In this document: piece by piece, positions 49,157-63,064 of the stretch
How the letters are laid out: each line of letters opens with the position of its first letter
How positions within the stretch are numbered: the first letter of the stretch is position 1
Source: Octopus sinensis
Lineage: Eukaryota
Direction of reading: 5' to 3'
Assembly: GCF_006345805.1 (NCBI RefSeq)
Contig: NC_043009.1
Span: 38,564,001 to 38,628,000 of the forward strand
Length of the DNA: 64,000 nucleotides
Notes under the pieces: model-generated
The model's database searches: none
What the model was told of the DNA's origin: nothing
What the model saw: the letters and a program-made list of their open reading frames with translations, nothing else
Translations under genes and position numbers: made by a program

Positions 49157-49525
49157 TAAATTTATGTATATATATTTATATATATGCATTTATATGTATA
49201 TGTAGATGTATATATATATTGTATATGTATATATATATATGTATATATATATATAATATATTTATGTATGTATATATTATATATATATATATATCTATAT
49301 ATTATATGTACATACATATGTATACAAATACATATATACATGAACGAACAATACATCAGACATTCATATGTATGTGGCTGTATATATGCAGAACACATAC
49401 ACACATACGCACACTCTCTCTTAATACAGACATACACACACAATCACACCACACAAACACACTCACACACACACATATATATATATATGCATATATATAT
49501 ATAAATGATGATATGCATTATACAT

Positions 49526-49579
<54 letters not shown>

Positions 49580-50037
49580 TATATACGCACTCACGCGCAC
49601 ACGTATATATCTATTTACACTCAACATATGAATTCTCACGTAGACACATGCACACATACTTATAACATACATAAAACACATACATATACATACATATCAT
49701 ATGCACAGTGAAAATGCTACACAGTCATTCACAGAGTATAATTTCACCTAAAACATGCCTCCATATTGTTCAAGCATGCAACAGTTATGATTAAACAATA
49801 TCCATTATCAACCGTAAGTAAAACATAGAAATAAGAGAGCACTTATTGTTGATTGGAAATAAAGCAAATATATATTTCAAATATTATATAGATATATGTA
49901 CATATATTATATATATTATATATATATATATATATATAATATATATATTATATATATATATATATATTATATATACTACATAATAATATATATATTATAT
50001 TAATATATATATATATATATTATATATATATACCTAC

Positions 50038-50083
<46 letters not shown>

Positions 50084-50085
50084 TA
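48510..50085. repeat. ~1.6-kb (TA)n-dominated microsatellite field
   Basis: Direct reading. Confidence 0.95.
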
Positions 50086-50089
50086 CATA

Positions 50090-53000
50090 TACACGCATGT
50101 ACAGCCCTTCCATCAATGCACAAAAATGGAAGGTCCAATTCATTGAAGACTGGGTTGGTAACCATTCACACCACATCCCTTTCTTCATTCTCACTGAGAC
50201 CCACCTTGACAACTCCCACTTGGAAGCCGAAGTGAGAGTGAAGAATTTCACAACCATCCGCGCGGATCGTATCGGCAGGAGGAAGGGTGGAACTGCCATT
50301 TTCCTGCATGATTCATTTACGGCAGATGGAAATAGTATATTCTCCAACGGCTACTGTGAATCAGTCACCGTGCACAACAAAGCCAATGATCTGACAGTAA
50401 TTGGGCTCTATAGGCCGCCCCAAACACCCATACTGTGCTTTAAAGAATGCCTCAACAGCATTAAGTGCTTTATTCAACAGTGCCATTCTAGCAACATACT
50501 CATGATGGGAGACTTCAATCTACCCTGTGTTGACTGGACTACAAACTGTTTGAAACCAAGCACTCCCGCCTCAACCGCTGACAAAGAAGCAGCAGAGTCA
50601 CTTTTCGACTTTACGAATGAGTTTTTCTTGTCCCAACTTGTCCTTGCACCAACAAGACATCAGAACATTTTGGACCTAGTGTTTAGTAACCACACTAACA
50701 CTATACATAACGTTACAGTGGAAAAAACCCTTCTTTCAGACCATGACATGGTTCTCTGTAACATGAAATTCCACCAGCCGAAAGCTAATCCTAGTGACCT
50801 TCCTCCAGCCCACCCATTTGACAACATGGATCTCCATAAAGCCAACTGGGATGCAATCAGGAACGAGCTATCAAATGTTGACTGGTCCTTTACACATACA
50901 CACATCTCCACCAACCATAAAACATCTTGGCAGATCTTTGTAGACACCGTCACAGACATATGTGCAAAAACACTCCCCACCAAGACCTGTGAACAAAAAG
51001 TGCAGAATCCCCCAAAACAGAAAAACCATTATCAGAAAAATAAAAAGAACAAACAAAAAAATTAACAAACTAAAGTACTGCCAACAGCAACACACACATT
51101 CGACGGCTATCGCACTGCTTGAATCCAAAAAATATAACCTCCAACAATGCATGAAGTCCCTCATCAATAACCAAAGATCAGCTGAGGAGAAGTGGGCCAT
51201 TGAAAAAATCAAACTCAACCCCAAGTGTTCTTTTCATTTGCGAGGAAACGCAGGGTCACTGTCTCCACTGTAGGCCCTCTAATTGACGAAACTGGCACTC
51301 TCCAAGATAATGCCAAATCCATGGCCGAGATACTGCAGAAACAATACTGCTCTGTTTTCAGCAATCCTGATATGGCCGATCTGGGCTGTATCAGTGATGT
51401 CAACCCCCAACACACTATATCGGACATAACGTTTAGTGCCCTGATGTCTTAGCGGCGATAAACGAAATAAAACACAATTCAGCAGTAGGCCCGATAGGTT
51501 CCCTGCTTGTGTCCTGAAGGTGTGTCGACACCAACTTGCATCTCCCCTTGCTAATCTGTGGAGAAACTCACTGGATGCTGGCTATATTCCAAAAAACCTT
51601 CTGTCCCAGTCTGTTGTCCCAGTTTTCAAAAGGGAAACAAGTCCCTTGCAGTGAATTACCGTCCGATCTCACTCACCTCTCATATCATCAAGGTATTTGA
51701 GAGGGTGGTGAGATCTCAAATAACCCAATTTCTGGAAAGCAACAGACGGCTGATCTCCAACCAACATGGGTTCCGTAATGGAAGGGACTGCCTAACGCAG
51801 CTCCTGCATCACTTTGAGGACATTTTGAGAGCTTTGGGAGAGGGCTCCAACACCGATGTCATCTACCTTGATTTCAGTAAGGCCTTCGACAGGGTCGATC
51901 ACAAGATCCTATTGAAAAAACTATCCAACATTGGTGTCTCTGGAAAGTTACTGAAATGGATTGTTTCCTGACAGACAGATCTCAACATGTTGTAGTTGAA
52001 GGGGTAAAATCAAGCCCAGCCAAAGTCAGTAGTGGCGTTCCGCAAGGCACTGTGCTGGGCCCACTTCTTTTCATCATTTACATTAATGACATTAATGACA
52101 TCATCAAGCACAGCAACATAAAAATCTTTGCAGATGACTCCAAGCTACAGAAGGTCATAAATGAGGCGAGTGACCGGACATGCCTTCAGTCAGATCTACT
52201 GGCTGTTATCCAATGGGCAGAAAAAAACAATATGCTGCTGAACGAGGATAAATTTGAGCTAATCCACTTGGAAAAGAGGATGCCCTGAAACTCCCATACT
52301 CCTTCCTTCAGTGGTGAAACTCTCACGGCGTCCAACAACATCAGAGACTTGGGAGTAATTGTGGACAACAACGTAAGCTGGGCCACTCATATAAACACCA
52401 AAGTTGACATGGCCCGCAGAATGTGTTCCTGGATTCTCAGAAACTTTCCAGTCGAGAGATATCCACACCATTATCCTTCTCTTCTCCACTTTTGCCCGAC
52501 CCCACCTTGAATACTGTTGTCCACTGTGGTCTCCCCACACAATACAAGGTATCATAAAAGTCGAAGCACCTCAAAGGGCAATCACAAAAAAGATAGATGG
52601 CATGACAGGCCTCGACTATTGGGGTCGACTAGAAAAGCTAAAACTCTATTCTCTCCAAAGCTAAAACTCTATTCTCTCCAACGTCGTCGTGAGCGCTACA
52701 TCATCTGCATGATGTGGAAAATATTCCATCAGCATTGCCCAAATGATGTTGGCATCACCTTTAAGGTACATCCAAGGCTTGGGCCCCGTGCCATCCGCCC
52801 AAAACAAAAATCGCACTCTCATCTCATAACAACAATACGGCACAATTATTTCACCTCAATTGGCCCCGCCTCTTTAACATTACACCAAAACACATTAAAC
52901 AGAAACTGACCCTATAGGGTTCAAGAAGTCTTTGGACAGATTCCTTCAAGAAATCCCGGATAAACCCCCTACACCCGGATATGTCTCTGTAAACAATAAC

Positions 53001-53130
53001 TCTCTACTTGAGTGGGCCATAGTGCCCAAATTCTGACTTGAAAGACTTCACCAGGTGGTGCTATTAAGTTAGACATGGCCTGGGCCAATAATGGCCGAAA
53101 CCTATCAAAAGTATCAAAGTATCAAAGTAT
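50090..53130 (+). mobile_element. CR1/L2/Jockey-like LINE with near-complete, frameshifted ORF2 (APE endonuclease plus RT) and 3' UTR
   Basis: EN motifs LTETHL, GGTAIF, YRPP, MGDFNLP, LDLVF, SDH. RT motifs NYRPISLTS, QHGFR, YLDFSKAFDRVDH, GVPQGTVLGPLLF, FADDSKL. The tail is (AAAGTATC)n and both flanks are TA-rich. Confidence 0.95.
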
Positions 53131-53375
53131 ATAATATACATATATATATGTATATATAGTTTGTATATATATAATATATATATATTATATATATATATAT
53201 AGATATATAACCATATATATATACGTACATATATGCATATATATATATGATATAGACATACTATATACACACATATTTATATATATAATATATATATATT
53301 ATATACATACATATATATACTACATTACAATATATATACATACATATATATTTCATATTATATATACATATATAG

Positions 53376-53420
<45 letters not shown>

Positions 53421-53423
53421 AAT

Positions 53424-53457
<34 letters not shown>

Positions 53458-53634
53458 TTATATGTCGCATATCGATTACTTGTATCAGATTACAATGTGG
53501 ACAATGTGATTTTGTGACGTTCTTGCATTACCCTACGCCGTTAACAGTATTAATTATTGTATTTGATGGCATAATGATGCTCGGGCCTATTAGACCCTCC
53601 CCACATTCAGCAGCGTGTATTTATTCATTTAATC

Positions 53635-54083
53635 TCGTATTTGTTTCAGTCATCAGACCGTAGCCATGCTGGGGCACCACCATGAGGAATTTTAGTCCAG
53701 CGAATGTTCCCCTAGTATCCATATGTTTTTTAAAACTTGGTACTTATTCTATCCGTCCCCTTTTGCCGAACCGCTATTGTACGGGTGCGTAAACACACCA
53801 ATACCAGTTGTCAAGCAGTGACAAAAAAACATTATCAAATGTATGTGACTTACAGGGACTTTAGATTGATCACAATCAGATAAGAAGACCATATGGATCC
53901 GTTGCCGATCCAGCAGTAAGTTGCAACGAAGTTCCACGAATTAACTTTACTACTGAAGACTTCCTATTTGCACGTAGGAGCTTAATTACGATGGCTAAAG
54001 AACATTAGTAGTGGTAAGACACACACACACACATACACACACACACACACACACATACATACACACACACACACATACACACA

Positions 54084-54124
<41 letters not shown>

Positions 54125-54530
54125 GCATATATACATATATACATATACGATGGACATCGTATAAGGCGGGCGAGCTGGCAGAAACGTTAGCATGCCGGGC
54201 GAAATGCGTAGCCGTATTTCGTCTGCCGTTACGTTATGAGTTCAAATTCCGCCGAGGTCGACTTTGCCTTTCATCCTTTCGGGGTCGATTAAATAAGTAC
54301 CAGTTACGCACTGGGGTCGATGTAATCGATTTAATCCTTTTGTCTGTACTTGTTTGTCCCCTCTGTGTTTAGCCCCTTGTGGGTAGTAATGAAATATATA
54401 CGATGGACTTTTTTTCTGTTTCCGTCAAGTGAATCCACTCACAAAGTTTTGGTCGGCCTAAGGCCATAGTAGAAGAAGACCAAGGTGCCACGCAGTTTGA
54501 CTGAACTCGGAACCATGTGGTTGGGAAGCA
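53635..54530 (-). mobile_element. SINE1 with a nested SINE2a
   Basis: Reverse-complement tail at ~53640-53690 and head at ~54480-54530. Confidence 0.75.
54156..54395 (+). mobile_element. SINE2a, full length, nested
   Basis: 13-bp TSD ATATACGATGGAC at 54143-54155 and 54396-54408. Confidence 0.9.
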
Positions 54531-54824
54531 AAAACATACACATTGCATCTTATACGCCATGATATACGACATACGAAATAGCAACGAATAGGAAAAGAGA
54601 TACCAAGATCTGTGGAATTGTTATGGTTAGGTGGAAAAGACACCCACTGGTCGCTCTATGGAGATAAATTGAAAGAATATTATCTGTAATGTAGACTGTG
54701 GTTTCTCTGTATTTTAAAATATATTTTCAATACTGACTAAAAATAAAACCGAAATATTTCAATCAATTCAAAAGTTAAAGATATTAACAAGAAAGACAAC
54801 GATATCTTCTTGCTTCCGTTACGC

Positions 54825-54848
54825 TCTTTCTTTCTCTCTTTCTTTCTC

Positions 54849-54884
<36 letters not shown>

Positions 54885-54885
54885 T

Positions 54886-54917
<32 letters not shown>

Positions 54918-55270
54918 TATTGCTTTCTTGCTTTCCTTCCTTCTTTCCTGTTTTCCTTCCTTCTTTCCTGTTTTCCTTCCTTCTTTCCTGCATTCCTTCC
55001 TTCTTTCCTGCTTTCCTTCCTTCTTTCTTTCCTTCTTTCCTTCCTTCTTTCTTTCCCTCTTTCTTTCTTTCATTGATTGATTCATTCTTTCTTTCTTTCT
55101 TTCTTTCTTTGTCCTCTATTTGTTTGGTTGTTTCCTGCCTTCCTTCCTCTTTTCTTTCTTTTTTTTCTTTTTCTTTATTTCTTGCTTTTGTCCTTTCTGC
55201 TTTCCTTCCTTTGTTCCTTGTTTCTTTCCATTCTTTCATACATTCCACTCCTTTTTCTTTATTTATTACT
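54825..55270. repeat. Polypyrimidine (TTTC/TTCC) tract with a 20-bp x5 sub-repeat (54931-55030)
   Basis: NNTTCCTTCCTTCTTTCCTG units read directly. Confidence 0.9.
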
Positions 55271-56589
55271 TCTTTTTTTATCCCTTTCTCAATAAGGATG
55301 AAGCCATACCCCAACACACGCGCGCGCGCACACACACAAACACACTCATACACATAACAGTCACAGCACACATATTTGAAAACTGAACGATCATTGTGAC
55401 ACGTAAGAGTCTTATCCTTTGTCAAGGCCAGGCCAAGGCAGCGCACAGCATACATGAAACACAACATACAATAACAGAAACCAAATTCAACGAATTATGA
55501 AACAGTAATTATAAAGAGTGCAACAATTATATCTAATCTCATTAACTTGCCTTATATATATAGTGAGATGAGATGAGATGAGATGAGATGAAATGAGATG
55601 TGATGTAAGTAGAGAATGAAGGAGAGAGAAACTGCATGTCTTTCTGTAAGCTTAAATATCTCGCGTAACGGATTCTCACATGAGATGAATTTCAGCATTG
55701 TACCAGTTGTTATAAAGCAAAAGGCACGTATAAGTAGCAAAGAGAAATATAACAAGCGAAAACGAGATTAAAGCTTCAGAAGTCAATGTTGTAATGAAAA
55801 TTTGCACAAGGGACTAAGTGCAACAACTACGAACGGAAGCTATATTGATAGCAACAGTAAAAACAATACGCCATATTGATAGCAATGTCATCCAAGAAAA
55901 TATGAAGATAAATACCAAAAACAAAGGAAAAGGCATCATAACAATAATGGTAATTATCTCTATGTGATTTCAGTTTATGATGTGTGTTACCGATCACCCG
56001 AAATCTTTCGAGAAAATTCGTTCACTTAGAATATAAAGGCATTTCCCAGGAAATCCTCTGTTATCTGTCCTCGTTGGGATATAAATTCCTTTGAACTTAT
56101 TGACAACCTATTGAAGTATGATCATTCCTCTCTCTCTTTCTCTCTTCAGCTTCTTGTCTCTCTGTTTCTTTTACTACTTCTCTCGTATCCTCGAAATCCT
56201 ATGTATATATGAAAATGTTTCCCCTCTGGAGTTCTCTTCTCATGTATTCTCACAAACTACTACAGGGGTATACTTAACATCAAATATTAACATATTCAAG
56301 ACTCTCTCTTTAAATACATACTTACATTTGTATATGTATATGTGTGTGTATATAAATAAATAAATAAATAAATATATGTATATATATATATGAGCACGCG
56401 TATGCATATATGTATATGTAAATGTAACTGCATAACAGAAACAGTAATAATGTTAATAACACTGAAATCAACAGCAGTAATGACAACAATTCAACGAAAG
56501 CTTTAAAAGCATCCATAAAGGTGGAAACAGCCCCGAAAGAGAATTACAATAAAGGGCAAGGATTGATGTATTTTTAGTCAATTATTATA

Positions 56590-57655
56590 TTAGGCGGTGA
56601 ACTGGCAGAATCGTTAGCGTATGCAACAACAATGCATTATGCTATTTGTTCTGGCTCTTTACGTACTGAGTTCAAATCCCACAGAGGGCGACTTTGCTTT
56701 TAATTCTTTCAGGGGTCGCCAACATAAAGCAGTTAAATCAAAGATAGTGAACCTGCAGAAATAGAGTACCTAACAAAACGGTGTATTGTATTTGCTTCGG
56801 TTCTATACTTTCTGAAATCAAATCTACCTGTGATTGATCATGCTTTTCATTCTCTCAGGTTAGGGGAAGAAAAGTCCACAGTCAAGGACGGTTGATTGGC
56901 AGGTCTATAAGTGTATGAGACAAAATATTTTGTTACGGATCCTTACGCCCTGAGTTCAAAACATGTCGAGATTCTTACGCTTTTCATTCTTCCAAAGAAC
57001 TAAAAAGAACTAAAGTGCAGGTCAAGGGAAAAGGATTAACGAGTGTTGGACAAAATGCTTTGACCTTTTGCAGCGTGTGGTCTGGATTTTTACGTTCTGA
57101 ATACCGTTGAACGTAACAATAACATAGCATCTTGAAGAAAATTTTCATAAGAAAATAATGGCAAACCACTTTTGTATTCTTCGAAGAAAATTCTACTATC
57201 GTCACATAACATTACTCAAACAAGTCCTCAGGGATCGTTCTGTGACCCAACGACATAAGGGGAGGAGGTAAGGCGATTCTATCGACCCCCCAATGTTCAA
57301 CTAATACTTATTTTATCGACTCCGAAAAGATGAAAGGTAAAGTCGATTTCAATGGAATTTGAATTCAAAACAAAATGACGGACGAATTGCTGCGAAGCAT
57401 TTTGTCCGGCGTGCTAAGGATTCTGCCAGGTCATCGTCTTTTAATTATCGTAAATTGGTTTCAAATTTTGACACAAGGCCAGTAATTTCGGGGAAGGGGA
57501 TAAGATGATTGCATTGACCCCAGTATTTTATCGAACTCCAAAGAATGAAAGGCAAAGTCTACCTCGGTGGAATTTAAGCTCAGATCGTTAAGACGGACGA
57601 AATATCGTGAAGGTTTTTGCCTGGCGTTTAGCGATTCTACTTGCTCGCCGCCTAT
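56590..57655. mobile_element. Cluster of about six degenerate SINE2 fragments (three +, three -)
   Basis: Repeated TGAGTTCAAAT…TTTGC(C/T)TTTCAT motifs on + (56590-56990) and their reverse complements (57030-57655). Confidence 0.6.
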
Positions 57656-57859
57656 TAGCGTGAATATTAGCTGATAGAGTTGAAACTGTGATGGTCGTTC
57701 TTCTATTGTAAATAACGGATGAAGGTCTGCAGCATCTTGCTGTACAAGCTGTGCAGGTGATTTGTTTATAGTGATCTAATTTTAGCCCAATTCCTCATCA
57801 AATTGACATTGCCTATACAGGTGCATGGGGTGTCACAAGTCAAATGTCGAAGTAATTGC

Positions 57860-57975
57860 ACAACAATGTGAAATGAAATGTTTTGCTCAATACACAACGC
57901 AATATCCGGCCCGGGAATCGAAAGCACGATCTTTCGATCTTAAATGCAATAGCCTAGCCACTTGGCTCCACTTGG
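57860..57975 (-). mobile_element. SINE3 head fragment
   Basis: GGGAATCGAAAGC is the reverse complement of a B-box-like motif; CACAACGCA…CCGG matches the 59140 copy. Confidence 0.55.
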
Positions 57976-58434
57976 CCATATACCTCCGCATAGTTTAATA
58001 GCGTTCTTAGATAAATCAGTCACGAAGATTGCAGCAGAAATGTAAAGTCTTTCTATCTATGGGTGGAGATGTTTTTTGCGATGGAATTGTAAAAAGATTG
58101 GTAAAACTAACGTAAAGACTTTCATATATTAAAATCCTCAACGTTAACCTTTGACAAAAATCTCATGGGAAAACGGCCCCGTCTTTGTAAAGAAGAAATT
58201 CATATGATATTAGTATTGAGTTTATAGGAATTAAAAATTGATTGAATACGAGGATTGTACTAAACTTAGAATTGTGAATACAAACCAAATTTCTGTATCA
58301 GCCTATTTTATACTGCAGAGCGTGTTTGGCCAATCAAGCATATGTATATGATTTCCTTCTGGTGAAAATCCATAATTATAATCCAGTACAATCATAACTT
58401 ATTCATATATATATATATATATAATATATATATA

Positions 58435-58468
<34 letters not shown>

Positions 58469-58610
58469 CATATATATCTATATCTATATATATGTTCATA
58501 CACACACACCTATATATATATATTTTTTTTTTACCGACTTATATATGTATAATATATATATATATAATTATATATATATATATGTATATGTATGTATATA
58601 TATATATATA

Positions 58611-58760
58611 GTTAATCCAAACATGAAAACACAAAGAGAAAACACAACATCGCGAGGACGAGGAACAAGTATAGTGTTATTGGATGCTCAGGAAAGAAGG
58701 AAAGAAGGAGGGTTTAAGGTTTCTAGCGGAACTCTTCGTCAGAAACATAGGAAAGGAAAT
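58611..58760 (-). mobile_element. PLE-like tail (same family as 33655-33866) with a decayed hammerhead at 58712-58746
   Basis: The reverse complement reads gttt CTGACGA A GAGT tcc GCTA GAAA CCT T AAAC, with (TA)n on both sides. Confidence 0.7.
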
Positions 58761-58764
58761 ATCA

Positions 58765-58802
<38 letters not shown>

Positions 58803-58869
58803 ATATATATATATATTATATTTATACATATATGTATATATATATATATAATTATATATATATATATTC

Positions 58870-58912
<43 letters not shown>

Positions 58913-59139
58913 GTACATACGCCCATTGAAACCGGGAACCGGGCCCATGAGACTGGCTAGGCTTTAAAAGGGCGCATTTATTTTTATTTTAAGTCTGGAG
59001 GAATGGTTTGAAAATAATGCAAGTTCCCAGAACAGAGATATATTCAAATGAAGTTAGCCCGAACAATAAAGTTTCAATGTGTTATACATTATCTGAAATA
59101 AAATATGAATTATGAAATGCAATATATTAATTTTCAGAG

Positions 59140-59300
59140 TTCGCGTGTTCTAGTGGTTAGCGTGTTGATCGCAAGATCCTGGTTTCGATTCCCGGACCGG
59201 CTGATGCGTTGTGTTCTTTAGTTTCTGTAGCTCGAGTCCACTCAGCTGTAAATGAAAGACCCTACGACGGACTGACGTCCGGTTGAGGGAGGAGTTTATT
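59140..59300 (+). mobile_element. SINE3-related copy
   Basis: CTAGTGGTTAG…GGTTTCGATTCCCGGACCGG…CCACTCAGCTG…CCTACGACGGACTG. Confidence 0.6.
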
Positions 59301-59462
59301 ACATCATGGTAACCGGTTAATCGGCTCTGAGACTCGGGACATGTCCAGCGGTTGATGATGGTGATGTAAGTTTTTCAGGATATTTCTTGAGACATTCTCC
59401 TCGGATATAAAACGTAATAGAGATTCATAGTAAATTCTGATGACATTAATTTGGTACGTACA

Positions 59463-59504
<42 letters not shown>

Positions 59505-59618
59505 CTCTCTCTCTCTCTCTCTGTCTTTCTTACTCTTTCTCTTTTTGTCTCCCTCTTGCTGTAAGGTCTCTACCAGTAAGCCGAAAATTATTTTTCAGTA
59601 TAAATATATATATATATA

Positions 59619-60207
59619 TTGGGTTGTCCGGAAAGTTCATGCCAGTTTATACTAGCTTACCTTTCGACTAATTTTAGAACATGGTTGAGTCCATAAAATA
59701 GGATTTGACTACAGTTAAATAGGATTTGACTACAGTTAAAATAGGATTTGAGCACAGTTAAAGCTATCTTTTCGTAGAAGAAGATTTATATTCCTATAAC
59801 CTGTGTTAATTCTGTAACCCTTTAAAATGGAAGATAAGAAAGTTCATTTTCGGCACTTGATGCTTTGGGAACCAGACAAAAATTGCTGCAGCTCGGCTGG
59901 GATGTGTTACCCCACCCTCCATATTCACCAGGTATTGCTCCTTCGGATTTCCACTTATTCAGGTCTCTGCAGAATAGACTTAATGGTAAACATTTCAATT
60001 CCTTGGATGACGTAAAAGATGTCTTGATGGATTCTTTGCCATGAAACCGACTCAATTCTGGGAGAGGGTATTTTCAAGTTAAAGGAAAGATGGAAACGCA
60101 CTGTGCAACAAAATGTTTCATATTTGGTTAATTAAAAATGTAATGGCAAGTATTTATTGACCTTTTCCTTTCTTTAAAAATCAGCACGAACTTCCCGGAC
60201 AACCCAA
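59619..60207 (+). mobile_element. Mariner non-autonomous deletion derivative (copy 2)
   Basis: Same TIRs, TA TSDs and the same internal deletion junction as 40743-41308. Confidence 0.92.
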
Positions 60208-60361
60208 TATATAGGAAATTAATATGAAGTATTTTTTCTAAAATGCATTATAATTAATATTATTTTAAAACAATTGATACTCTAACTCTATGGTATGCAA
60301 CGTAATTATCCTTGTCTGCTTATCTCCCCACATTTTGAATTTTATTTTTCTTGAGCCCTAG

Positions 60362-60405
60362 GGCTTAGAGGTCACCCGGGACGCCGATCACTTGCAGAGT
60401 TCAAG
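60362..60405 (+). CDS. Candidate 44-nt exon, xLRGHPGRRSLAEFK (or GLEVTRDADHLQSSx)
   Basis: 26/44 G+C island in AT-rich DNA, pyrimidine-rich acceptor ending ccctag, strong donor AAG|gtaagc. Confidence 0.35.
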
Positions 60406-60552
60406 GTAAGCAAATGTTTTAAAGAAAGGAAACAAGTAGATTACAATCAACCCCAGAACTGTCACTGTATTTTATCGGCGCTGAAGAGACGTTTTCTCCG
60501 ACTGTTTAACGATTCTATCAATTCACAGTCATATACTCTATACACTGAGAGC

Positions 60553-61010
60553 AGGCATGGCTATGTGGTAAGAAGGTTGCTTTCTAATGACATCATGGTT
60601 CTTAGTTCAGTCCTACAACATGGCACATTGCACAAGTATCTGCTACTATAGCCTCGGGCCAATCAACATTTTGAGAGTGGATTTGGTACACGGAAATTGA
60701 CAGAAGCCTGGTCGTACACACACACACACATACACACACACACACACACACACAAAAAAACACACACAGACGCACACACTCACACACACACACACATATG
60801 TTTAGTGTCTGTGTTTGAGATTGGGTATGTCTCCACCATCGCTTGACAACTGGTGTAAAGGTGTTTGTTTGCAGTTCGGGAAAAGGGAACGCTAGAAAAA
60901 GTACCGACTTAAAAAAAAAAAAAACTATCATTGGGGCCGATTCGTTCAACTAAAGTTCTACAAGGCAGTGCCCCACCATCGACTCAGAGTAATGACTGAA
61001 ACAAGTAAAA
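60553..61010 (+). mobile_element. SINE1, degenerate
   Basis: Head GCAGGCATGGCTATGTGGTAAG, body GAGTGGATTTGGTA, tail GACTGAAACAAGTAAAAG. Confidence 0.75.
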
Positions 61011-61654
61011 GAATATACATACACACATGCACACATATTACACACACACTCAATATATGCATATATGCACATGTGTATGCTTCTCTCTCCCTCTGTGTGT
61101 GTGTGTGTATGTGTGTGTATGTGTGTGGCAGGTCTGGAAACAAAAGACAGGAAAACTATTACAGGGTTTCATTAGAGGATTGGATTCTCAAAGGAATATA
61201 TGTAAAAAAAATGTATAGAATCTCTTATCCGTAATTCTTCAGGCAAAGATTTAAAACTAATACATACTCAAACAAACCAGCATGCATAGATAGATAGGTA
61301 AATAGCTAGCTGCCTAGCTAGCTAGCTAGATAGATAGAGAGATGGAGAAATAGGTAGATAGATACATACATACATACAAACATACATATGTATCTCTGTA
61401 TGTACGTATGTGTGTGAGTGTGTTTATATATGTATATATATGTTTATATTTATATGTCTATGTGCGTCTATTTGTGTTTAAATTTATCGTCTACCACCAT
61501 CCGACAAATGGTGTTTGCTCTAGTTCCCCTAACTTACGTCAAAAACATAGACAGAATAAATGTCAGGCTTTAAAAAATTCGGAACTGAGATCGGTATGTC
61601 TAACTATGACTACGGTTCAATCACTAAAACAGGTGGAAGACAAGATATGAAGAT

Positions 61655-61994
61655 ATGTGTGTATGTATGTATGTATGTATGTATGTATGTATGTATGTAT
61701 GTATGTATGTATGTATGTATATGTATGTATGTATGTGTGTATGGATGTATGGATGTATGTATGTATGTATGTTTGAGTGTATATATGTATGTATATGTGT
61801 GTTTGAGTGTGTATATGTATGTGTGTGTGTTTAAGTATGTATATGTATGCATGTATCTATGTATGTATGTATGTGTGTATGTTTGAGTTTTTATATGTTT
61901 TGAGTTTTTATATGTATGTATGTTTGTTTAAGTGTGTATATGTATGTATGTGTGTTTGAGCGTATATATGTATGTATATGTGTGTTTGAGCGTG

Positions 61995-62025
<31 letters not shown>

Positions 62026-62315
62026 GTGTGTGTTTGAGTGTGTATATATATATGTTTGTATGTCTGTCTGTGTGTGTTTGAGTGTGTATATGTATGTTTG
62101 CATGTATGTATGTATGTGTGTGTTGAAGGGTGTATATGTATGTATGTATGTGTGCGTGTTTGAGTGTGTATATGTATGTGTGTATGTTTGAGTTTGTATA
62201 TGTATGTACGTGCGTATGTTTGAGTGTGTAAATGTATGTATATGTGTGTTTGAGTGTGTATGTGTATGTATGTATGTATGTATGCATGCATGTATGTATG
62301 TATGTATGTATGTAT
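61655..62315. repeat. (GTAT)n field grading into an ~26-28-bp GTTTGAGTGTGTATATGTATGT-type minisatellite
   Basis: The TTTGAG marker recurs more than 10 times. Confidence 0.85.
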
Positions 62316-63030
62316 TTATATGACTTGAGATGGATCTCTTCTGCGTTACGCTACAAGTGTTCAAATCCCAGATGCTTGTATTATAAAGTACGATTCTGGA
62401 ATTCTACGACCAGAAGAAAAAGCGACATCCGGAAAGAAAGAAAAATATAAAAGCTGCGATAACATGAATGAATGTAGAAACCAAAGAGACGGAAACGTAG
62501 GCGGGAGAATAAATATAAGATTGATTAAATATAATAGGGAAATATTATCCAAGATTTTACGGCTGTCATAACGTCAGTAACGTATATGGTGGAAAGTGGC
62601 CGAATATATTTCATAAGAATTACAAGCGAGACAAATATACGAGAGGTAGTATATTAAATGCAAACTCCTTTGTGAACAGTCAATAAATTAGGAGAAGACC
62701 TTCTGCGTATAATTGTGGTGTTTGGTTTGGAGCAGTGAATTCCTTGATCATCAATCAAACGCTTTTGGCTATAATCATCAGCATGTCACTCTATATTTAT
62801 CTATGTCACCCATGGGAATAATAACATTGGAACAACCTTATCGGATTCTCAATGAATTAGGTAACACTCTGGTGAGAGTATCTATACATATATACGGTCA
62901 GATTTTGGCCAGAATCTAATATGTGTGCGTTATAAGCTTTTGTATATACACACACACACACACATATATATACACGTAGATAGAGGGATAGATAAATAGA
63001 TAGAGGGATAGATAAATAGATAGATAGATT

Positions 63031-63064
<34 letters not shown>

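Noticed and set aside
53074-53105. GGCC-loop-GGCC-GAAAC in the LINE 3' UTR and the equivalent motif in SINE1 tails, as hammerhead stem II
   Set aside because: There is no CUGANGA-like core or stem I. It is better explained as an RT-recognition stem-loop.
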